A stretch of DNA of 64,000 bases from Alphaproteobacteria bacterium (GCA_963422645.2 CAXXVO010000009.1:320001-384000); one strand, 5' to 3'. Positions 43,261 through 54,152 are shown, counted from the first letter of the stretch. The notes: generated by a model not told the origin, from the sequence alone. Program-made: numbers and translations.

Positions 43261-44760
43261 ATGCGTCGCGATTCGCGCGGCAGGCCTTTGGAGGCCGATA
43301 GCGACGGCCCGGCGGAAGCGGGGAAGCGCCTCTTTGCCGCGTACGAGGCCCGTCCGGCGTTCTATGACGAAATGTTCGAGGCCACCGGCGTGCCGCGCGC
43401 CCATTGCCGGGAGCTCTGCGAGGCGCTCGACGAGATGCGCCCGGCCGAAATCGCCGCCATGCAGGAGTATGCCGAGCGCTCCTTCCTGCACCAGGGGATC
43501 ACGTTTGCGGTCTACGGCGAGGGCGGCGCGCAGGAGCGGATCATCCCCATCGACTTCCTGCCGCGGCTGCTCGACGCCGCCGACTGGGACCTGGTCGAGC
43601 GGGGCCTGAGGCAGCGGCTGGAGGCGCTCAACCGCTTCCTCGCCGATGTCTACGGGCCGGGGCGGATCATCGAGGACGGGGTGGTGCCCGTGGACCTGGT
43701 GCGGGGCTGCCCGCAGTACCGGGTCGAGATGCGGGGCCTGGAGGTGCCCCACGGCGTCTACGTCGCGCTCTGCGGCACCGACATCGTGCGCACCAACGAC
43801 GGCTTCGTGGTGCTGGAGGACAACCTGCGGGTGCCGTCCGGCGTCTCCTACATGCTGGCCAACCGGCGGGCGCTGAAGACCAGCCTGCGCAACCTCTTCC
43901 GCCGCCACCACGTGCGTGGCATCGAGCACTACGGCAAGCTGCTGAGGCAGACCCTCACCGAGCTTGCGCCGCGCGGCGTCTCGGACCCCTGCATCGTCCT
44001 GCTGACGCCGGGCGTTTACAATTCCGCCTTCTACGAGCACATGTTCCTGGCGCAGGAGATGGGCATCGAGCTGGTGCAGGGCAGCGACCTGCTCGTCCAC
44101 AAGGGATTCGTCTACATGCGGACGACCGCGGGGCTCCGAAAGGTGGACGTGATTTACCGCCGCATCGACGACGACTTCATCGACCCGGTGGCGTTCCGCG
44201 CCGATTCGCAGCTCGGCACTCCCGGCCTCTTCTATGCCTACAAGCTCGGCAACGTGACCATTGCCAACGCGCCGGGCACCGGGGTCGCCGACGACAAGAG
44301 CGTCTACGCCTACGTGCCCGAGTTGATCCGCTACTACCTGGGTGAGGAGCCGCTGCTTGCCAACGTCGAGACCCATCTATGCCGAGAGCCGGAGGCGCTG
44401 GAGTACACGCTCGACAATCTGGAGACGCTGATCGTCAAGATGGTGGGCGAATCCGGCGGCTACGGAATGCTGGTCGGCCCCCACGCCTCGCCCGCCGAGC
44501 GCGCAGCCTACGCCGGGGAATTGCGGAGGAACCCGGCCAACTACGTCTCCCAGCCGGTGCTCGACCTCTCGGTCTCGCCCTGCCTCACGCCCGAGGGCGC
44601 GGCACCCCGCCACGTCGACCTCCGCCCCTTCGTCCTGCGCGGGCGCGAGACGCGCCTCGTCCCCGGCGCCTTCTGCCGGGTCGCGCTGGTCAAGGGCTCC
44701 CTGGTGGTCAACTCGAGCCAGGGTGGCGGTGGCAAGGACCTCTGGGTGCTGTCGGACTAG
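43261..44760 (+). CDS. Circularly permuted type-2 ATP-grasp protein
   Basis: VLEDNLRVPSGVSY, TPGVYNSAFYEH, DVIYRRIDDDF, VADDK, SGGYGM, VVNSSQGGG.KD; start approximate. Confidence 0.92.
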   Translation: MRRDSRGRPLEADSDGPAEAGKRLFAAYEARPAFYDEMFEATGVPRAHCRELCEALDEMRPAEIAAMQEYAERSFLHQGITFAVYGEGGAQERIIPIDFLPRLLDAADWDLVERGLRQRLEALNRFLADVYGPGRIIEDGVVPVDLVRGCPQYRVEMRGLEVPHGVYVALCGTDIVRTNDGFVVLEDNLRVPSGVSYMLANRRALKTSLRNLFRRHHVRGIEHYGKLLRQTLTELAPRGVSDPCIVLLTPGVYNSAFYEHMFLAQEMGIELVQGSDLLVHKGFVYMRTTAGLRKVDVIYRRIDDDFIDPVAFRADSQLGTPGLFYAYKLGNVTIANAPGTGVADDKSVYAYVPELIRYYLGEEPLLANVETHLCREPEALEYTLDNLETLIVKMVGESGGYGMLVGPHASPAERAAYAGELRRNPANYVSQPVLDLSVSPCLTPEGAAPRHVDLRPFVLRGRETRLVPGAFCRVALVKGSLVVNSSQGGGGKDLWVLSD

Positions 44761-44764
44761 GCAC

Positions 44765-45739
44765 ATGCTCTCGCGCAACGCCCAGGGCCTCTACTGGATG
44801 GGCCGCTACTTCGAGCGGGCGCAGCACGGCTGCCACCTGCTGGCGGAGCAGTTCATCATCATCGAGGACCGGCCGGTCGAGCAGATCGACCAGAGCTGGC
44901 GGCGCCTTTACATGGCCCTCGGCCGCACCCCGCTGGGCGGCCATCTGCAACCGCTTCCCGATGACGAAGACTTCATGCTGGCGGACGCCTACACCTTGGC
45001 CGACGATCTGACCTTCGAGCCGACCAACCCGGATGCGATCCGCAACTGCGTCGCGGCGGCGCGCGAGAGCGCCCGGCAGGTCCGCAACATCATCCCCGAC
45101 AAGATGTGGTCCTCTCTCAACCTCGCCTACTTCGATCTACGCGATGTCGAGATGGAGGCCATCTGGAACAACCAGCCGGGCACCTTATACGACCGCACCG
45201 AGGGCGCCATTCGCACCGTCTCGGGCGTCGCCGAAGGCACGATTTACCGTGACGACGGCTGGCACTTTCTCCAGCTGGGGCGCTTCGTCGAACGGACGCA
45301 GCTCATCGCCGCGCTGATGAACGCACACATCGCGCTCTTCCCGACCGCCGCCCCCGACTGCGAAGCGGACTGGCTCTCGCTGCTCTGGATCTGCGAGGCG
45401 CACTTCGCGTACCGTCGGCTTTACTCCCTGGAGCTTCACCCGCCCCGCATGGTCGACTTCCTGGTCGCCGATCCTTCGCTCTCGCATTCGATCCGCCATG
45501 CTCTGGCGCGCATCGTGGAGGCGCTCGATGCCGTTTCCAGCGGCCCGCCGCTCCAGGTCGAAGCCGAACGCCGCGCGGGCCGCATGGCCGCCAGCATCGA
45601 CCACGACTGGCCCGACCGCGACCGCGAGGACGACGACGCCACGCGCGCGGCGCTGCAGGAGTTTGGCCAGTCCTGCCGCCTGCTGCACAACGACATCGCG
45701 GCCGCCTACTTCAACTACGAGATCAAGGACGCGCCGTGA
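44765..45739 (+). CDS. Alpha-E domain protein
   Basis: MLSR.A..LYWMGRYFERA and GRFVER duplicated ER motifs. Confidence 0.9.
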   Translation: MLSRNAQGLYWMGRYFERAQHGCHLLAEQFIIIEDRPVEQIDQSWRRLYMALGRTPLGGHLQPLPDDEDFMLADAYTLADDLTFEPTNPDAIRNCVAAARESARQVRNIIPDKMWSSLNLAYFDLRDVEMEAIWNNQPGTLYDRTEGAIRTVSGVAEGTIYRDDGWHFLQLGRFVERTQLIAALMNAHIALFPTAAPDCEADWLSLLWICEAHFAYRRLYSLELHPPRMVDFLVADPSLSHSIRHALARIVEALDAVSSGPPLQVEAERRAGRMAASIDHDWPDRDREDDDATRAALQEFGQSCRLLHNDIAAAYFNYEIKDAP

Positions 45740-45752
45740 GCGAGGAAACCCC

Positions 45753-46718
45753 GTGAGCGGAGACACACCGCGGCGCTTCCTGGTCGAGCACCTCTCGGAC
45801 TTCCGCTACCAGAAACCGGCGCAGGGCAGCCTGATGGTGCTGCGCCTGCACCCGCGGGCGGATGGCGGGCAGCATGTCGCCAACTTCGCTCTCGAGATCG
45901 AGCCCGCCGCCGCGCCGATCGCGTTCCAGGATCCCTTCGGCAACGCCTGTCACCTCTTCAACGTCCATCGCTCGCACGAGCGCACCACCGTGAAATCGCG
46001 GGCGGAGGTCGAGACCGCGCCGGCGCCGGACCTGCCTGAAGGGATGGAGGGCGACGCCTGGGGTGCGCTGACGGAACTCGCCGCGCCGCTCCAGCATTGG
46101 GAGTTCCTCGCGCCCAGCCAATTCGCGCGCTCGAGCCCGGCGCTCGAGGCATTCGTCGAGGACAAGGGCCTGCGCCGGGGCGGCGACCCCCTCTCCTCGC
46201 TACTGGAATTGGCCCGCGTGCTGCACGGCGCGTTCCGCTACGAGCCGGGCAGCACGGCGGTGGATTCGCCGATCGAGCACATCCTGGAGACCGGAAGCGG
46301 GGTCTGCCAGGACTACACCCACGTGACGATCGCCATAGCGCGCTCGTGGGGCATCCCGAGCCGCTACGTCTCGGGCTACCTGCACCGGGAAGGCGCGCCG
46401 GGCGAGCAGACGCCCGAGGGAGCGAGCCACGCCTGGGCGGAGTTCCTGCTCCCCGATCTCGGCTGGTTCGGGATCGACCCCACCAACGACACCATCGCCG
46501 ATCACCGCCACGTCCGCATCGCCGTGGGCCGCGACTATGCCGATGCGGCGCCGACGCGGGGCGCCGTGTTCGGCGGGGGCGAGTCCCGGCTCGGCGTGGT
46601 GGTGAGAGTGGCGGAGGGCGGCGAGCCGGATCCGATCGCAGCGCCCAGGGCGGAGCGGCCCTTCCTCAGCGACGCCGCGCCCACCCCGGTGGTCCCGCAG
46701 GCCGGCGCCGATCAGTAA
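45753..46718 (+). CDS. Transglutaminase-like protein
   Basis: GVCQDYTH, RYVSGY, SHAWAE, DPTN, GRDYAD; Cys-His-Asp triad present. Confidence 0.92.
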   Translation: MSGDTPRRFLVEHLSDFRYQKPAQGSLMVLRLHPRADGGQHVANFALEIEPAAAPIAFQDPFGNACHLFNVHRSHERTTVKSRAEVETAPAPDLPEGMEGDAWGALTELAAPLQHWEFLAPSQFARSSPALEAFVEDKGLRRGGDPLSSLLELARVLHGAFRYEPGSTAVDSPIEHILETGSGVCQDYTHVTIAIARSWGIPSRYVSGYLHREGAPGEQTPEGASHAWAEFLLPDLGWFGIDPTNDTIADHRHVRIAVGRDYADAAPTRGAVFGGGESRLGVVVRVAEGGEPDPIAAPRAERPFLSDAAPTPVVPQAGADQ

Positions 46719-46803
46719 ACGCGGCGGGTGCCCGCGTTGTGACACCGGGCAATCCCGCCTACCTTGAAGCGTAAGAGCAACGGGTCAGGCGACCGATCGT
46801 TCC

Positions 46804-48210
46804 ATGCGTATTCCCGGCATCGACAAGGCGATAGAGAACCTCGGCAGGTGGGCGGCGAAGGACGAGTGGGAAGGGTATCAATCGGAAATATACGCGACCC
46901 ACATCGATCCCGTCGCCGACGCCCTGGACATGTCCGGGGACGACATCGCCGACCTTCTCGGCGACAGCGCCTTCATGCTGCACGTATTCATCGTCGAGGA
47001 TTTCTTTACCGCCCGCTTCGGCGAAGACGACCAGCAGAACGTCATCGACGACTATCTCAAGCGGCGCGGGTGGCGCGAAGCCGTTTCCGCCAGGCGCTAC
47101 CTGGAGGCGCTGAAGGATTCCGTCGTGTCCCTCTACGAGGTCGTCGACGTCGATCCGGGTCGGAGCGTGACGGTGCGCGATCTGATCCTGGGTGGGGAGG
47201 CGGTGACGGTAAACGAGAAGCAGGGCTCGCAATCGTTGGCGCGCTGGGACCGTCTGGCGGCGCGCATCGTCACCGTGAACGGCAAGGAGCACTTCACGGG
47301 CGGCATTCTTCGCTTTCGCCACGAAGCGTCGCAGGAGCTCTTGTCGTTGTTCGACGAGATGGCGGAGCGGATGAAAGAGGAGTTGCTTGAGGCCGCCAAG
47401 GAGACGGGCGACGATTCGACGCCAGAGCTGGAATCGGTGCGGCGATATATCGTTCTGGGACTGCCCTGCGCACCGATATTCTCGGAGCACTGGACGATCG
47501 ACGCGGTCATGCAGCTTCAGGCTCCCCTGCCGGAGCTTCGCAACAGCGACAACGAGGCGATCGTCTTCTCTGAAGTGCGCTTCCCGGTCGCGGGAGACGA
47601 GGCGAAGGTGGCCGCAGTGCTCGACGGGATCGAGGCGTTGGAGAGGGAGGAAGGCGGCGAGGCGCGCTGGGCCTGGCTTGCACCGGGTTCGCCCTTCGAC
47701 CGGATGGATCGGGATCGCGAGGAAGCTCCGGCGGCCGAAGCGGAGGACACCATCCGCATGACGTCGCTCGGCAACGCCGCGTTGGCGCGCGGCACGCTGG
47801 TTCTCACCGCCAATTCGCGGGAACGGGCCGAGCGGGGGCGGGAACTCTTGGCGTCTCGTCTGGGCAATCTGGTGGGGAACCCGCTGATCTCGCACCAGGA
47901 TCCGGAACAGGCGATGGCGGAGTACGCCGGGCAACCGGAGGACGAACCCGGACTTCCGCCCGAAGAGGCGGCAGGGATTATCCATGCCTACCTCGACGAG
48001 CATTACCGCCGCACCCTGGACGAACCGATTCCCATGCTGGACGGCAAGACCCTGCGGCAGGCCGCGGCGACGACGCCGGGCCGCGCACAGGCGATAGACT
48101 GGCTCAAACAACTGGAGAACAGGGAGCAACACCGCGCCGCGCAACAGGGTGAAAAGCCCTACGACACGGCCTGGATCTGGCGCGAGCTGGGGATCGAGGC
48201 GCCGCGGTAG
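46804..48210 (+). CDS. Hypothetical protein with C-terminal MbcA/ParS/Xre (DUF2384)-like motif
   Basis: Acidic 468-aa ORF; LDEPIPMLDGKTLRQA and W..RELG at the C-terminus. Confidence 0.65.
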   Translation: MRIPGIDKAIENLGRWAAKDEWEGYQSEIYATHIDPVADALDMSGDDIADLLGDSAFMLHVFIVEDFFTARFGEDDQQNVIDDYLKRRGWREAVSARRYLEALKDSVVSLYEVVDVDPGRSVTVRDLILGGEAVTVNEKQGSQSLARWDRLAARIVTVNGKEHFTGGILRFRHEASQELLSLFDEMAERMKEELLEAAKETGDDSTPELESVRRYIVLGLPCAPIFSEHWTIDAVMQLQAPLPELRNSDNEAIVFSEVRFPVAGDEAKVAAVLDGIEALEREEGGEARWAWLAPGSPFDRMDRDREEAPAAEAEDTIRMTSLGNAALARGTLVLTANSRERAERGRELLASRLGNLVGNPLISHQDPEQAMAEYAGQPEDEPGLPPEEAAGIIHAYLDEHYRRTLDEPIPMLDGKTLRQAAATTPGRAQAIDWLKQLENREQHRAAQQGEKPYDTAWIWRELGIEAPR

Positions 48211-48355
48211 AGCGTATCCGCTTTACGCGGAAACGCTCTAGCGTCTTGTCGCTCACGGCAGTCGGCCTGCGGCCGGCGCCTCAGCGAGGGCGCCGCTAAC
48301 GCGGCGGGCCGCGGTCGCGGCCTGTCGCGCGTCCGTCAAAGACGGACGCGCTCTA
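48208..48355. repeat. TAGAGC-ended double-hairpin intergenic element
   Basis: TAGAGCGTATCCGC..GCGGAAACGCTCTA at left; GCGCGTCCGTC-AAA-GACGGACGCGCTCTA at right. Confidence 0.7.
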
Positions 48356-48407
48356 GCCTGCATTTCCCACCAGGGCCATGGCGAGAATCGCAGGTTAGCG
48401 AGCCGCT

Positions 48408-49076
48408 CTATCTCGACGCATCGCCGATCGGCTGCTCGACGCGCGCCCGGAGGCCGCTCAACAGGCCCTCGATACCCTCGCGATTGACGACCGAGCTGAA
48501 CTCGGCCCGGTGCGTGAGCAGCATGCTGATGCCTTCGACATAGAGGTCGACGACCTTGTGGCTCCCCTCCTTCGAGCGAACCCGAAAATCGAGCTCGACG
48601 GGATCGGCGCCGGAAGGCCGGGCGACCCGCGAGCGCACGATGGTGTCGCCGCTCGCGTCGGCGATGGCGGAGTGCACCGTGAACTGCTCGCCGCCATAGG
48701 AATAGGAATCGAAGCGGCTCGCGTAGACGCGCGCGAGAAAGTCGAGAAAGATCGCCGAGAATTCCCTGCGCTGCTCACTGGTGGCCGCCTTCCAGTGCCG
48801 CCCGAGCACGAAGCGGGTGACGAGCGGGACGTCGAAGCCCCTGACCATGACGTCGCGGAACGCGGCCTCGCGCTCCGCAAAGGTGCTCTTGTCCTTGTTC
48901 CCGAGGATGGCGATGACGTCGGCGCCGACACTCTGGACGAACGCGACCGCCCGGTCGTCCTGGGCGGATGCGCGCTCTCCTCCGGCCGCGACGAGGAGGG
49001 CAACGATCAAGGCGGTGGCGATGACGGTGCGTCGAGTTGGACGCTTGTAGTTCTTCGATTCCGTTCTTTTCGACAT
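48408..49076 (-). CDS. mlaC: MlaC/Ttg2D phospholipid-binding protein
   Basis: RFVLGRHWK.AT..QR.EF, KVVDLYVEGISM..T.R.EF. Confidence 0.85.
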   Translation of the reverse strand: MSKRTESKNYKRPTRRTVIATALIVALLVAAGGERASAQDDRAVAFVQSVGADVIAILGNKDKSTFAEREAAFRDVMVRGFDVPLVTRFVLGRHWKAATSEQRREFSAIFLDFLARVYASRFDSYSYGGEQFTVHSAIADASGDTIVRSRVARPSGADPVELDFRVRSKEGSHKVVDLYVEGISMLLTHRAEFSSVVNREGIEGLLSGLRARVEQPIGDASR

Positions 49077-49369
49077 GACGACTGTCCGATCCCGACGAGC
49101 CGGCGAGCAATACGGGAGCCAGGCGCAATTCACAATCGTCCCTTCTCAGCCAAAGGAGACTGCGATCCCTTTCGCGCTCGGGGAGGGCGTCGCCCGGCGC
49201 GAGGCGGCCCGGGGCGCCCCGGCGGTTTCGCGAAGGGTGGAGGCTGTCAGCGGCTGCAGGACGGCGGAGGCCGTCGTGACCGCATGTTGCCAACCTGTGC
49301 CATAGTGATTCGTCGGACGTGTCGAGTCGATCCGCCGAGAGCCACTCCCCACGAGAAAGGAGCAGGAAG

Positions 49370-51011
49370 GTGGGAACATCGAGACTGACTTTGTTCGCCC
49401 CGTTGAGACTGGCAGCCGTCGCCATTGCCTTGTCCCTGGGCGTCGTCACGCAAGCGCAAGCGGCCGGAACCCATCCGGTGACAGGCGAGGCGTTGGCGGA
49501 CGATCAGACCTTCACCTACCGCCTGCTCGACCAGTTCCCCACGCTCGACCCGCAGCTCAACCAGGACGTCTCCGGATTCCACGTGATTCGGGACCTCTTC
49601 GAGGGCCTGTTGAGCCAGGACGGGGACGGCAACCTCGTTCCCGGCGTGGCCACGAGCTACGCGGCGTCGGACAACAACACGACCTACACCTTCACGCTGC
49701 GCCAGGACGCCACGTGGTCGAAGGGCGACCCCGTGACCGCGCATGACTTCGTCTACGGCTGGCGGCGCGCGGTCGATCCCGCAACCGCCTCGCCCTACGG
49801 CTGGTTCGTCGAGCTCACCCAGATCGTGAACGCAAAGCAGATCCTGGCGGGCGAGAAGCCGACCGCCGAGCTGGGCGTGAGGGCGGTCGACGATCACACC
49901 CTGGAAGTGAAGTTGAACCAGCCCCTGCCCTACTTTCCGGCGATGACGACCTACGCCACGCTCTTTCCCGCTCCAGGCGACCATCGAGGCCCATGGGACG
50001 AAGTGGACGGCGCCCGACAACATCGTCTCCAACGGTGCCTACGTGCTCGAGGAGGTCGTGCTCAACGAGTTCCACACGCGGGTGAAGAACCCGACGTACT
50101 GGGGCGCGGACGGCGTCATCGTCGAGAGGGTCACGGGCCTCGTCATCAACAACGACAACCAGGCACTGACCCGCTACCGCGCCGGCGAGCTCGACCACCT
50201 GGAGCCGTTGCCCTCGGGGCAGTATCCCGCGCTCAAGGAGGAGCTGCCCGACGAGGCCGCGAGCGTGCCCCGCCTCTGCTCCTACTACTACGCCCTCAAT
50301 CACAGCGAGAGCGGCAATGCGGCGCTGCATGACGTGCGCGTGCGCCAAGCGCTGAGCATGGCCATCGACCGCGACGTGATCGTGGACCGGCTGCTCAAGG
50401 GCGGCCAGTGGCCGGCCTACAACTTCACCCACCTCAAGACCGCCGGCTTCGCGATGCCGATGATCGCCTACGGCCAGCTGAGCCAGGCCGAGCGGGACGC
50501 CGAGGCCAAGCGGCTGATGGCGGAGTCCGGCGCAGAGGGCCTGACGCTCAAGCTGATCTACAACACCTCCGAGAGCCACAAGCAGATCGCCACCGTGATC
50601 GGCCAGATGTGGAAGCAGAAGCTGGGCGTCGCCACGGAGCTCGCGAACTTCGAGTGGAAGACCTACATCAACCTGCGCAAGGCTCAGGAGTTCGACGTGG
50701 CGCGCTCGGGCTGGTGCGGCGACTACAACGAGGCCTCGACCTTCCTCGATCTGCTCACCACCACGCATGGCGCGAACGACGGCAAGTACTCGAACCCGAG
50801 GGTGGATGAGCTGATGAGCGCGTCCAAGACCGCCGAGGACCCGAGCTCGATCTATGCCGAGGTCGAGCAGATCCTGGCCGAGGACATGGCCATCATCCCG
50901 ATCTACCACTATGCGAACACCTTCCTGCTCTCCAGCGATATCAAGGGCTGGCCCTACAACAACGTGGAGAACAACTGGTATTCCAGGAACCTCTACCGCA
51001 TCGCCAAGTGA
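49370..51011 (+). pseudogene. oppA: Oligopeptide-binding protein, frameshifted at about 49972
   Basis: TLDP, DLFEGL, YTFTLR, VTAHDFVY, then in another frame IVSNGAY, R.GWCGDYNE; heads oppBCDF. Confidence 0.88.
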
Positions 51012-51050
51012 GTGACGCCGTGCGGCTGCGGCACGCGTGCCGCGTCGCAA

Positions 51051-51316
51051 GCCCGCATTTCTCACCACGGTCATGGTCTGCGCGGCGCCTTCAGGGCGAG
51101 AGGGTAGGAGCGTCGTGCAGCGCGATGCGGGGACATCGGGCAAACGGCGCGACGCACCCTGTCGCCCTGAAGGCGCCGCCCTTCGGGTCGCGCCCAGGCG
51201 CCCGCCCGCGGCGTTGCGGGCCTCAACCGTATTCCCCGATACGCTTTTCGGCCCGCTCCTGGCGGATCGAACTCCTGGGCGCGACGCAGGCCGTGACCCT
51301 GGCGAGAAATGCGGGC
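51051..51316. repeat. MITE-like element with 32-bp imperfect terminal inverted repeats and nested stems
   Basis: 51051-51082 pairs with 51285-51316 (28/32); 51082-51099 with 51162-51179 (perfect 18 bp); 51187-51198 with 51274-51285. Confidence 0.8.
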
Positions 51317-51319
51317 TAG

Positions 51320-52243
51320 ATGATCTACTACTTCCTCAAGCGTCTCGCCGTAGCGGTCCCGACGCTGCTGGTCCTCATCGTCGTTTCCTATGTGCTGATG
51401 TACGCAGCACCGGGCGGCCCCTTCGATACCGAACGCACCCTGCCGGCCGAGGTGATGGCCAATCTGCAGGCCAAGTACGGCCTCGACCAGCCGCTGGTCG
51501 TGCAGATCTGGCGCTACGTCGTCTCGATCGTGACCGAGTTCGATTTCGGCCCCTCGTTCCAGTACACCGACCAGACCGTCAACGAGATCATCCGCCAGGG
51601 CTTTCCCGTGACCCTCACCTACGGCGGCTGGTCGTTCCTCGCGGCGGTGCTGGTGGGCGTCTCGCTCGGCATCGCCGCAGCGGTCTACCACAACACCCTT
51701 CTCGACTATCTCGCCGTCGGCGTCTCGGTCGGCGCGCAGGTGCTGCCGAACTTCGTGCTCGCGCCGATCCTCACGCTGATCTTCACGCTCTGGCTCAACT
51801 GGCTCCCCGGCGGCGGCTGGCAGGGCGGGCACTGGCCCTACGTCATCATGCCGGTCATCGCGCTCTCGACCTCGTTCATGGCGTCCATCGCACGCATCAC
51901 GCGCTCCTCCATGCTGGAGGTTCTGAACGCGGGCTTCATCCGCACGGCCCGCGCCAAGGGCCTCTCCATGCGGCGCATCGTGTTCCGCCACGCGCTGAAA
52001 CCGACGCTGCTGCCGGTGATCTCGTTTCTGGGGCCCGCGTTCGTCGGCATGATTACCGGCTCGGTGGTGATCGACGTCTTCTTCGCGACCGGCGGCATCG
52101 GGCAGTTCTTCGTCAACTCGGCGCTCAATCGGGACTATCCGGTGATCATGGGTGTCACCATCCTGGCCGGGGCGCTTACCATCATCTTCAACCTGGTGGT
52201 CGATCTGCTTTACGCCTGGATCGACCCGCGCATCCGGTACTGA
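51320..52243 (+). CDS. oppB: Oligopeptide ABC permease
   Basis: APGGPFD, FIRTARAKG, NRDY. Confidence 0.92.
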   Translation: MIYYFLKRLAVAVPTLLVLIVVSYVLMYAAPGGPFDTERTLPAEVMANLQAKYGLDQPLVVQIWRYVVSIVTEFDFGPSFQYTDQTVNEIIRQGFPVTLTYGGWSFLAAVLVGVSLGIAAAVYHNTLLDYLAVGVSVGAQVLPNFVLAPILTLIFTLWLNWLPGGGWQGGHWPYVIMPVIALSTSFMASIARITRSSMLEVLNAGFIRTARAKGLSMRRIVFRHALKPTLLPVISFLGPAFVGMITGSVVIDVFFATGGIGQFFVNSALNRDYPVIMGVTILAGALTIIFNLVVDLLYAWIDPRIRY

Positions 52244-52244
52244 C

Positions 52245-53180
52245 GTGTCGCCCCTCATCTTCGGACGACGCGCGATCCGCTCGTTCGCCGCCGCCGATGC
52301 CGAGAGCGCGGCGGGCGGCCGCTCGCTCTGGAGCGATGCCCGCAGACGCTTCTTCCGCAACCGTGCCGCCGTGGCGAGCCTCATCGTCCTGGTGCTCGTC
52401 GCCGTCTTCGCGATCTTCGGCGACCTGGTGGCGTCGTGGTCCAATGTGGAGATCGACTGGGCGATCCTCGGCAGCGTGGCGGAAGAGGGCGGCCCCTCGG
52501 TCGAGAACGGCCACTACTTCGGGGTCGACGAGCTCGGCCGCGACCTGTTCGCGCGCACGGTGCAGGGCACCCGCATATCGCTGATGGTCGGCGTCATCGG
52601 CGCGCTGATCTCGGTGGTGGTGGGGACGCTCTACGGCGCCACGGCGGGCTACTTCGGCGGCAAGCTCGACGGCGCGATGATGCGCGTCGTCGACGTGATG
52701 ATGGCCATTCCCTACATGTTCGTGCTGATCCTCTTCATGGTCGTGTTCGGGCGCTCGATTCTCGTGCTCTTCATCGGCATCGGACTGATCAGCTGGCTCG
52801 ACATGGCGCGGATCGCGCGCGGGCAGACTCTCAGCATCAAGAATCGGGAATTCGTCGAGGCCGCCGTGGCGATCGGCGTCCGGCCGGGCCGGATCATCCT
52901 GCGCCACATCATCCCCAATCTGCTGGGCGTGGTGATCGTCTACGCCACGCTGCTGGTGCCCTCGATGATCATCTACGAGAGCTTCATCAGCTTCCTCGGC
53001 CTCGGCGTGCAGGAGCCCGATACGAGCTGGGGCGCGCTCATCAACGACGGCGCGAGCCAGATGCAGTACGGCACGCTGTGGCAGCTGCTCTTCCCGCTCT
53101 TCTTCTTCGTCATCACGCTCTTCTCGTTCTTCTTCCTGGGCGACGGGCTGCGCGATGCGCTCGACCCGAAGGATCGCTGA
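52245..53180 (+). CDS. oppC: Oligopeptide ABC permease
   Basis: FG.D.LGRDL, EFVEAA, GDGLRDALDP. Confidence 0.92.
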   Translation: MSPLIFGRRAIRSFAAADAESAAGGRSLWSDARRRFFRNRAAVASLIVLVLVAVFAIFGDLVASWSNVEIDWAILGSVAEEGGPSVENGHYFGVDELGRDLFARTVQGTRISLMVGVIGALISVVVGTLYGATAGYFGGKLDGAMMRVVDVMMAIPYMFVLILFMVVFGRSILVLFIGIGLISWLDMARIARGQTLSIKNREFVEAAVAIGVRPGRIILRHIIPNLLGVVIVYATLLVPSMIIYESFISFLGLGVQEPDTSWGALINDGASQMQYGTLWQLLFPLFFFVITLFSFFFLGDGLRDALDPKDR

Positions 53181-53183
53181 GCC

Positions 53184-54152
53184 GTGACGCTGCTGAGCGT
53201 GCGCGACCTGCGCGTGACCTTCGAGACCGGCGACGGCAGGGTGAACGCCGTGAACGGCGTCGACCTCGCGGTGGACGCGGGCCAGTCGCTTGCGATCGTG
53301 GGCGAGAGCGGCTCCGGCAAGAGCCAGATCATGTACGCCATCATGGGGCTGCTGGCGCGCAACGGCGCCGCCGCCGGCTCGGTCGTATTCGACGGCAGCG
53401 AGCTCCTCGGCCTCGACGAGGCGGCGCTGAACCGCATTCGCTCCAGCCAGATCGCGATGATCTTTCAGGAGGCGATGACCTCGCTCAATCCCTACATGCG
53501 GATTTCGCACCAGATGATCGAGGTGCTGACGCTGCACAAGGGCATGAGCCGGCGGGACGCGCTCGCCGAATCGGTGCGCCTGCTGGAGGCGATGGAGGTG
53601 CCGGAGGCGAAGACGCGCATCGGCATGTATCCCCACGAGTTCTCGGGTGGGATGCTCCAGCGGGTGTTGATCGCGATGGCGCTGCTCTGCCGCCCGCGCC
53701 TGCTGATCGCCGACGAGCCGACCACGGCGCTGGACGCCACCGTGCGGGGCCAGATCGTGCGCCTGCTCGCGGACGTGCGCTCCACATTCGATACCGCCGT
53801 CATCCTGGTCACCCACGACGTCGGCATCGTGGCGGGGAACTGCGACGAGATGGTCGTGCTCTACGGCGGCCGGGTGATGGAGAGCGGGCCGGTCGCAAGC
53901 GTCTTCGCCCAGCCGCACCACCCCTATACGCGGGGCCTGCTGGACGCCGTGCCGCGGCTCGACCGGGACGACGAGAGGCTGCGCGCCATCCCGGGCGATC
54001 CTCTCAGCATGAACCTGCTGCCTGCCGGCTGCCCCTTCGCCGCGCGCTGCCCGCGGGTGGAAGACATCTGCCATCGTGAGCGGCCTGAGGGCACCCGGCC
54101 TGCGCCGGGCCGGCTGGTCGCCTGCCACCGGCCCCTGGAGGGTGCGGCATGA
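53184..54152 (+). CDS. oppD: Oligopeptide ABC ATPase
   Basis: [29 protein letters not shown], Cys-rich tail. Confidence 0.92.
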   Translation: MTLLSVRDLRVTFETGDGRVNAVNGVDLAVDAGQSLAIVGESGSGKSQIMYAIMGLLARNGAAAGSVVFDGSELLGLDEAALNRIRSSQIAMIFQEAMTSLNPYMRISHQMIEVLTLHKGMSRRDALAESVRLLEAMEVPEAKTRIGMYPHEFSGGMLQRVLIAMALLCRPRLLIADEPTTALDATVRGQIVRLLADVRSTFDTAVILVTHDVGIVAGNCDEMVVLYGGRVMESGPVASVFAQPHHPYTRGLLDAVPRLDRDDERLRAIPGDPLSMNLLPAGCPFAARCPRVEDICHRERPEGTRPAPGRLVACHRPLEGAA

